Translations under genes and position numbers: made by a program | Part shown: in pieces, positions 10,854-18,992 of the stretch | Position numbering within the stretch: position 1 is the first letter of the stretch | Layout of the letters: each line of letters begins with the position of its first letter | Source: Octopus sinensis | Lineage: Eukaryota | Assembly (NCBI RefSeq): GCF_006345805.1 | Contig: NW_021827496.1 | Location: 1 to 28,697, forward strand | Reading direction: 5' to 3' | Length of the DNA: 28,697 bases | Notes under the pieces: model-generated | The model's input: the letters and a program-made list of their open reading frames with translations, nothing else | What the model was told of the DNA's origin: nothing | Databases searched by the model: none

Positions 10854-11610
10854 GTAATTATAAAAGACAATGAAAAATCCAATTTGCCATTAGAGATAAA
10901 CAAAATAATGAAAAAAAGAGAAGCAGATCACGTTTATCACAAGTTTAGTTACCTAGGAGAGTTACAGATTAACGGCGATAATTCACGAATGAAAAACTCA
11001 TTAATTGATGAAAGAAATAATTCGATTCATTCTTTAGTTGAAATTCTCCATTTTCATGCCACCCGCTGCAAGTTTAAAGTTTTTAGTTACGACTTTTTGC
11101 AAACCCAGCCTCGAATATAAATTATACGTTGAAGGCATTTTTAATTCGAATACGACTCTCAGAGGGATAGATTTACAAGTCTGATGTTTAGATCTTTTTT
11201 GTTTTTAAGCAAGCTGAAAAGGTTTCCCGTTTCGTATTGTAGACCTTGACAAGCAAATTTATTAATTTGAAATTCCCCATTACGCAAAAATTGCACAATT
11301 ATTACCTTGATCTCTGTTGTGCATAAATTGCCGTTACTGACACGAACATTGAATGCTCTCTTTTATTTTAAGATTACTTTTTCCTCTAGCATTTGGGTAG
11401 TGATTATATCTTTACACACAAATGGAATGATTCTGGCTCCTGTAAATGAACGAATGAGTAAGTTGTATAAATCGTATTATAAAGGCATTTCCTGTTAACA
11501 CAAATCTGGCATTCACTACACAGATTAAGGGTATGTTATACGACCTAGGTTATTCAACGCAGTGAACGTATAGTATAGCTACCTTCTGTTTTAATGATTT
11601 TTCTTCATAG

Positions 11611-11686
11611 AAGGGACCGAGTGAAGGGGACTGGAGGTCTACTGCAACAAGCAAAGCAAAAAGGATTAGCCGAGTACACCAAATAA
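11611..11686 (+). CDS. Candidate terminal coding exon (RDRVKGTGGLLQQAKQKGLAEYTK-stop)
   Basis: Strong acceptor TTAATGATTTTTCTTCATAG with branch-like TTAAT; phase-2 frame; AATAAA at 11682-11687 overlapping the stop; U/GU-rich tract at ~11713-11730. Confidence 0.45.
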
Positions 11687-12002
11687 ATATATTCGACAAC
11701 ACGTATTGAGAGGTTTTTCATTTGTTTGTCATGAAAATGTGCATATCTGTGCGTCAGTGTGTGCGTGGAGATGCATATTCGATTACTCATACGTCTATAC
11801 GCGCACACAAATATGAAGCATATAAGTTATACTAGTATAACGGAGATGAGATGTTGTGGCATTCAACGATATAGATGACGTCAAGTGAACTGCTCTATAT
11901 TTGAGACAAGGCAAGATCGCAGTCCGAAGTTACTCCAGGAGCAATCCTACATACCAACTATCCCATATTGGGCGTACAATGCATAACATATACACATATA
12001 AG

Positions 12003-12100
12003 TACATACATACATACATACATACATACATACATACATACATACATACATACATACATACATACATACATACATACATACATACATACATACATACATA
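12003..12100 (+). repeat. (TACA)n microsatellite
   Basis: Direct reading; nearly perfect array. Confidence 0.97.
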
Positions 12101-12117
12101 CGTACATATGTGTATGT

Positions 12118-12424
12118 GTGAAAGCGCTTGGCTTAGTGTTTAAGGTGTTGCTCACACGATTGCGTGATCGTGAGTTCGATCCCCAGCCCGGGCGTTGTTC
12201 TGTATGTCCTTGAGCAAAGGACTTCATTTCATGTTTCTCTGCGATCATTTCATCATGTGACGTGTGGTACCGAGTTGCACCTGTACAGCTAATGCTGATT
12301 TGATGGAGGGAGTGTGCCTATATGTACACAAACATTTGACCACTTTAAACAAACCAATTGTGTAGGTGTTCGACAAGAAATTGACGAACCCTCGTACATC
12401 GTCTAACAACGAGGGAGTCCATAA
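12118..12424 (+). mobile_element. SINE, family C-type head with a different 3' body
   Basis: GTGAAAGCGCTTGGCTTAGTG...GAGTTCGATCCC followed by GTCCTTGAGCAAAGGACTTCATTTCA. Confidence 0.7.
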
Positions 12425-12787
12425 TACGTGCACACAGACACACACACACACACTCACGCACACACACACACACAGACACACATTCTCCCAATGGTCTAAC
12501 CGCGCGATCGGGTATTCAGTCCGATTATTTCTATGTCCCTACGCATGATACATCCTTAAGACATTTATTGGATGGCCGTTGACTCTCAAGAGTTCCTCTG
12601 CCCTTTGACAGGTTTTGTTTTTCATCCCGCAGGGTGTCCAATAAACACCCTCCTCACCAAGCAAGCTTTGTGGGTTTGCCGGTTTAGTCGCCGACGACCC
12701 GACCATACAACAGGTTGTTCTGGGTTACATGTTACCAGTAGCACTCGAAATTGACCTGACATATATATACATACATACATACATACA

Positions 12788-12823
<36 letters not shown>

Positions 12824-12939
12824 TATGAACCGATAAAAAGGTTTTTTCAAATATTTTATGTATAAGTCTGTGTGTGTATATATATGTGTTGGCATAAATA
12901 TCAACACACAAAAATATTTTTTCTTCTCCACTTCCTCCC

Positions 12940-13015
12940 TTATTTTTATTTTTATTTTTATTTTTTTATTTTTATTTTTATTTTTATTTTTATTTTTTTA
13001 TTTTTTTATTTTTAA

Positions 13016-13080
<65 letters not shown>

Positions 13081-13142
13081 TTTATTTTCCCTTTTCTCTT
13101 TTTGTCTCTCTCCCCTTCTCCAAACATACAGACACACACACA

Positions 13143-13187
<45 letters not shown>

Positions 13188-13230
13188 CACACACGGACAC
13201 ACAGAGACACACACACACACACACACACAC
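12940..13230 (+). repeat. (TTTTTA)n grading into (TAT)n, then (CA)n
   Basis: Direct reading. Confidence 0.95.
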
Positions 13231-13635
13231 CTCCACAGAATGATCATAGAAAGTGTGACCCCAAATGACATTTGCCAGGCCAACCTACGCACAACACACA
13301 CTCAGTGACATCGAAATGGACGGCCAAAGTTCTTATAAAACCACAGGAGGTCACTCTCAGATATAAACGCGCACACACACTTACACACACACGCACACAC
13401 ACATATATACACACACACACATACACATACACACATTTTTTCTGTCTCACTTCCTCCTCACCCACTACTACGAAACTATAAAATGTTCAAACTCCCCACA
13501 ACTGATTTGATTTGAAAAGCCCACTAGAATGGGAGCAAGCGCTAATCCGAATTATATGATATGATATATATGTAAAAAATGTAATATATAAATAAATATC
13601 TACAAATATGAACCATCTGATCTGATTACCTCATT

Positions 13636-13714
<79 letters not shown>

Positions 13715-14124
13715 TATATACATATATACATACCTACATACCCACATGGGCACATGGGCACAGACAGAGAAACACGTACATATATACACATATATACAAT
13801 GGATGCACATATAATAGACACATGGAGATGTATCAAGTACGTATATACAGAAAGGTAATGAAAATGCTAATTAACGCACGCAAGAACAGAAACGACGTAT
13901 ACATATTCTTGTACATAGAGACACATGATACAGACACAAGAACACAAATACACAGATATACACGGGGTATACACGCGTAGACATATAAACAACACACATA
14001 ACGCATACCCATTCTGAAAACACATCCAAAACCACAATATATACACACAAATGCATAGACAGAAGACACAAATACATACATGCATAAAAAACACACACAT
14101 ATATATATATTCACACATATATAT

Positions 14125-14237
14125 ATACATACATACATACATACGTACATACATACGTACATACATACATACATACATACATACATACATACATACATAC
14201 ATACATACATACATACATACATACATACATACATACA
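14125..14237 (+). repeat. (TACA)n, 5' flank of the REL-element insertion
   Basis: Direct reading. Confidence 0.97.
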
Positions 14238-14518
14238 GCTGCCCTGTAGATATAAATATCTCTTTGAAAATCAAAGAAAAAGAGGATATCTATGAACAAC
14301 TGGTTCGAAACTTCCAGATTCTATATCCATACTATGAATTCAAATCCATACCAATAATAATTGGAACACTAGGTTTTGTTGGTAAATGCTTAAAGAAGAA
14401 TCTGGATCAACTGGGGTTTTCAGAAAGAGAAATCGACCGGCTGATTCGGTCATTACAAGTGCAATCTGTGAGTGGAACTGTAAAAATATGCAAGACTTTT
14501 CTCAAGTTCCAAATGTGA
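14237..14518 (+). pseudogene. Uninterrupted 93-codon C-terminal frame of an REL endonuclease ORF
   Basis: SCPVDINISLKIKEKEDIYEQL...IPIIIGTLGFV..CLKKNLDQLGF.....IRSLQVQSVSGTVKICKTFL fits the R4/Dong-type (IEV)SCP.D.NI..K..EK..(K)Y..L...P.iiGaLG...L..LG...LQ...GT..I...L signature. The PD and D/E catalytic motifs lie upstream of the truncation point. Confidence 0.85.
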
Positions 14519-14595
14519 ATTTGTCTGTGTTAACTACATCCCAAAGTTGGAGCCTTGTATCTTCAGTGGAAGATTTATAATTAAAAAATAGAACA
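14238..14595 (+). mobile_element. 5'-truncated non-LTR retrotransposon, R2 superfamily (R4/Dong-like): REL endonuclease C-terminus plus ~75-nt 3' UTR
   Basis: Non-repetitive 358-bp insert bounded on both sides by (TACA)n; the encoded peptide matches the REL C-terminal pattern. Confidence 0.85.
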
Positions 14596-14609
14596 CATAC
14601 ATACATACA

Positions 14610-14643
<34 letters not shown>

Positions 14644-14744
14644 CGTACATACGTACATACATACAAACATAATACATACATACATGCATACATACATACA
14701 TACATACATACATACATACATGCATACATACATACATACATACC

Positions 14745-14778
<34 letters not shown>

Positions 14779-14950
14779 CATACATACATACATACGTACA
14801 TACATGTATATATACATACACATAAGCATACATACATACATGCATACATACATACATACATATAATCATACATACATACATACGTACATGCGTATATACA
14901 TATATACATACATATAAGCATGTATGCATACATACATACATAAATACATA
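14596..14950 (+). repeat. (TACA)n, perfect then degenerate; 3' flank/tail of the REL element
   Basis: Direct reading. Confidence 0.95.
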
Positions 14951-15619
14951 CATACTTATAATCACAATATATACACATATATGCATAGACAGAAGACACA
15001 AAATATACATCCATAAAGACATGCACATTTAAATACATACAGAGAAACATACTTCATTTATACATACATACATGCAGGCATACATACATTCACAGAGTGT
15101 TAACCGCAGGTGGGTGATTGAAAAAAATTTGATTCGATATTCCTGATAAAGATATTGAACATCTGATTAGTAAGAAATGTGAAGTAAGAAGGAAAAGTAT
15201 GTGGAGATAACACAAATGAATCATTTGGAAAGTTAACAGTCTAATGAAACGAGTTCTATATATTACGGGTATTATTTAGATTAGCAAGTACTGAAGGATG
15301 GAAGTCAAGAGAAACTGGGTGAGATTCGAAATAAAGCTCGATTTGACAAAAGAAGGAAAAAGAATTCCAAGAATATATCACAATATATTTATATATTGGT
15401 AAGTAGCTTACCAGTAAAAGAGTAAAAGAGTAAAGAGTATATGTAAACTTACATACGTAACATCTATAAATATCTACACACATATTGGCTTGTTGACTTT
15501 GCAATAATTTAAAGGCTCGGCAAACGAGACAGTCAGAATAAGTACCAGGATTAAATGTAAGTATCGGGTTGATTTGCTACTCTAAACACTTCGAAACGAT
15601 GCTCAATCCAAACGATGCT

Positions 15620-15654
15620 CAATACATGCATGCATACATACATACATACATACA

Positions 15655-15687
<33 letters not shown>

Positions 15688-16015
15688 GCATGCATGCATA
15701 CATACATACATGCATGCATACATACGTACATACATACATAATACACACATACATACATACACACATACATACATACACACATACACATATACATATATAC
15801 ATGCATACATACATACATTATACACACATACGTACATACATACATACATAAATGCATACGTACATACATACATACATACATGCATACATACATACATATA
15901 TACATACATACATTCGTACATACATACATACATACATACATACATACATACATACATACATACATACATACATACATACATACATACATGCATGCATACA
16001 TGCATACATATACAC
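15620..16015 (+). repeat. Degenerate (TACA)n array
   Basis: Direct reading. Confidence 0.95.
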
Positions 16016-16378
16016 ACACATATAATAAGGATAAGATCGTTATTTAAACTACCGATCATATCAAGTGGCCAGCATAGGAATAAGACCCTTATTGGTAATA
16101 ATTATTATTAAAATTATAATCAAGGGTATCTAAATGATACCACCATGCTAGAGACAGCAGTAAAAACTTGACTCTAAAACCACATCAGGCATTCATACGG
16201 AACCAGGTGTTATTTTGTTTTTTGTTAGTTTATTTTGTCTATTTGTCTTTTCACCTGGTGCTCTATGAATACTTGATGTAGTGTTAGAGTCAAGTTTTGC
16301 CTGCTATCTCTAGCATCGAGTACGTGGAACAAGTATAGTGTTATTGAACGCTCAGGAAAGGAGAGAAAGAAGGAGGAT

Positions 16379-16413
16379 GTAACGTTTCGAGCGGAGCTCT
16401 TCGTCAGAAACAT
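16379..16413 (-). ncRNA. Minimal type-I hammerhead ribozyme-like motif
   Basis: Minus strand ATGTTT-CTGACGA-A-GAGC-TCC-GCTC-GAAAC-GTTAC: both core boxes, a 4-bp stem II and a palindromic AACGTT stem III. Stem I is imperfect. Confidence 0.55.
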
Positions 16414-16574
16414 AGGAAAAGGAAAGATCCAAGGAAGGGAAGATGGAGGAAAAAATCGCCAACGATACACACTTGGTTACATATGCATATATGTATATAT
16501 ATATATACATACATACATACATACATACATACATACACAAACACTCACACACACGTGTGCACTCATTGTTTTAG

Positions 16575-16720
16575 GGGAAGATTGTAATCAATAAAATCGA
16601 CTGGTGTAGTCGTTTGGTAATTAATTTTATTGACTGGAATATATATTGGCAAGCAAAGTCATCTTCGGCTAGATTTGAATTCACAAGTTAGAAAGACCTC
16701 AGTAAATACTACGGTGCATT
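16575..16720 (-). mobile_element. Old, diverged SINE family A copy
   Basis: Degenerate AATCGACTGG...GGCAAGCAAAGTCATCTTCGGCTAGATTTGAATTCAC pattern matching minus-strand family A. Confidence 0.55.
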
Positions 16721-16790
16721 AACATCATCCCATTCGAGGAGTATGATGCGTCACAAAGATTGGTCTAACGATAATAATAATCATAACTGT

Positions 16791-17554
16791 AAGGCGGCGT
16801 GCTGGCAGAAACGTTAGCACGCCGGGCGAAATGCGTAGCCGTATTTCGTCTGCCGCTACGTTCCGAGTTCAACTTCCGTCGAGGTCGACTTTGCCTTTCA
16901 TCCTTTCGGGGTCGATAAATTAAGTACCAGTTACGCACTGAGGTCAATATAATCGACTTAATCCGTTTGTCTGTCCTTGTTTGTCCTCTCTGAGTTTAGC
17001 CCCTTGTGGGTAGTAAAGAAATAGGTATTTCGTCTGCCGCTACGTTCTGAGTTTAAATTCCGCCGTGGTCGACTTTGCCTTTAATCCTTTCGGGGTGGAT
17101 AAATTAAGTACCAGTTACGCACGAGGTCGATATAATCGACTTAATCCGTTTGTCTGTCGTTGTTTGTCCTCTCTGAGTTTAGCCCCTTGTGGGTAGTAAA
17201 GAAATAGGTATTTCCTCAGCAGCTACGTTCTGAGTTCAAATTCCGCCGTGGTCGACTTTGCCTTTCATCCTTTCGGGGTCGATAAATTAAGTACCAGTTA
17301 CGCACTGAGGTCGATATAATCGACTTAATCCGTTTGTCTGTCCTTGTTTGTCCCCTCTGTGTTTGGCCCCTTGTGGGTAGTAAAGAAATAGGTGTTTCGT
17401 CTGTCTTTACCTTCTGAGTTTAAATCCTGCCAAGGTCGACATTACCTTTAATCGTTTCGAAATCGATAAATTAAGTACCAGCTGCGTACTGAGGTCAATC
17501 TATCGACTGGCACCCTCTCCCAAAATTTCGAGCCTTGTGCCTAAAGTAGAAACA

Positions 17555-17596
<42 letters not shown>

Positions 17597-17612
17597 GCTA
17601 TTATTATTATTA
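16791..17612 (+). mobile_element. SINE family A tandem array, 4 units plus (ATT)n tail
   Basis: Headed unit 16791-17024; headless units 17025-17207 and 17208-17391; terminal unit 17392-17554 with the alternative 3' end (CCCTCTCCCAAAATTTCGAGCCTTGTGCCTAAAGTAGAAAC), then (ATT)n. Confidence 0.92.
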
Positions 17613-17974
17613 GATGTATGCGTGTCTTCCTACTCGTGAGTTTTATCATTTTAGTTTCTGTCTCCAAAAGATGTTAATTGTTTTATTTTGTTACAAAACA
17701 TTTGTCGAAACCACCGACATTTCATAGGTCTGGTTGGTGTAATTGTTTATGCCCCGTTGGCGACTCAAATCCGAAAGAAGATATTTCATCTTGTTTGGAA
17801 AAATAAATGAATTTTAAAGACAAACATGACGTCATCCGCTCTGTTAAATGGCAAGGAGGTGGAAGTAAGAGGTAGCTCTGGCAGTGAGTTTCAAGACACG
17901 TCTGAGTCCCCCACCAACTACCCGAGAATAAAGGGGATGGAAGTTCAAAGTACAGTGGACCACACAACTGCTAT

Positions 17975-18510
17975 GACGACAAGCACCGGCAGCAGCAGCA
18001 ACAACAACAACAACAACAACAACACAACACAGGAGTTTAATTTCCCATAACAAATGAGACAATAACAGACTTCAACCAACAACACCCAGACTAGAAGCAC
18101 GGCCACTACCTCCTCCTCCTCCTCCTCCTCTTGTTGTTGTTGTTGTTGTTGCTGTTGTTGTTGTTGTTCTTCTTCTCCTCTTCTTGTTCTTCTTCTCCTC
18201 TTCTTGTTCTTGTTCTTGTTCTTCTTCTCCTTCTCCTCCTCCCTTCCTCCTCTCCCTTCTTCTCCTCCTCTTCTCCTCCTCCCCCTACTCATCCTCCGCC
18301 ACCTCCGCCTCCTCATCGTCTTCCACTACTGCCGCCGCCACCACCACTACTACCACCATCACCACCCTCAATGCATCTACAAAAATCACGATAGAGGAAA
18401 AAAACACAAAAAACAAAAACAACAGTAGCATCAACAACTTAAAACGGCAACAATATTTCCGATGTGAACAACAACGACAGCATCAACAACAATAACTACA
18501 ACAATACATT
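17975..18510 (+). repeat. Compound trinucleotide repeat block (AGC/AAC/CCT/TGT/TCT/CCA/AAC)
   Basis: Direct reading. Confidence 0.9.
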
Positions 18511-18575
18511 CGTAGCTACGGTTGCGAAAAGTACAGAGGTATACAGGATGGATATGCTACAGAAAACATATATAT

Positions 18576-18992
18576 GCGCCGGAGTGGCTGTGTGGTAAGT
18601 AGCTTGCTAACCAACCACATGGTTCCGGGTTCAGTCCCACTGCGTGGCACCTTGGGCAAGTGTCTTCTGCTATAGCCTCGGGCCGACCAATGCCTTGTGA
18701 GTGGATTTGGTAGACGGAAACTGAAAGAAGCCTGTCGTATATATGTGTATATATATATATATGTGTGTGTATGTGTGTGTGTGTGTTTGTGTGTCCCCCT
18801 AGCATTGCTTGACAACCGATGCTGGTGTGTTTACGTCCTCGTCACTAGCGGTTCGGCAAAATAGACCGATAGAATAAGTACTGGGCTTACAAAGAATAAG
18901 TCCCGGGGTCGATTTGCTCGACTAAAAGGCGGTGCTCCAGCATGGCCGCAGTCAAATGACTGAAACAAGTAAAAGAGTAAAAGAGTAAGAGT
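18576..18992 (+). mobile_element. SINE family B, full-length
   Basis: tRNA-like head GCGCCGGAGTGGCTGTGTGGTAAG...GGTTCAGTCCC, CCTTGGGCAAGTGTC, internal TA/TG repeat, tail AAGTAAAAGAGTAAAAGAGTAAGAG. Confidence 0.9.

Noticed and set aside
14051-14518. 155-aa ORF fusing HTYI repeats to an endonuclease domain
   Set aside because: The N-terminal 62 codons are CA-rich/(TACA)n flank that happens to be in frame; only 14237-14518 is retroelement-derived.
16791-17554. Regularly spaced repeats resembling a CRISPR array or satellite
   Set aside because: Units are contiguous ~183-bp SINE bodies with no unique spacers, no cas genes are present, and the context is eukaryotic.
17826-18050. 74-aa ORF MTSSALLNGKEVEVR... 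as a host exon
   Set aside because: Weak acceptor, upstream ATGs, terminates in microsatellite; more plausibly decayed LINE ORF1 or chance.
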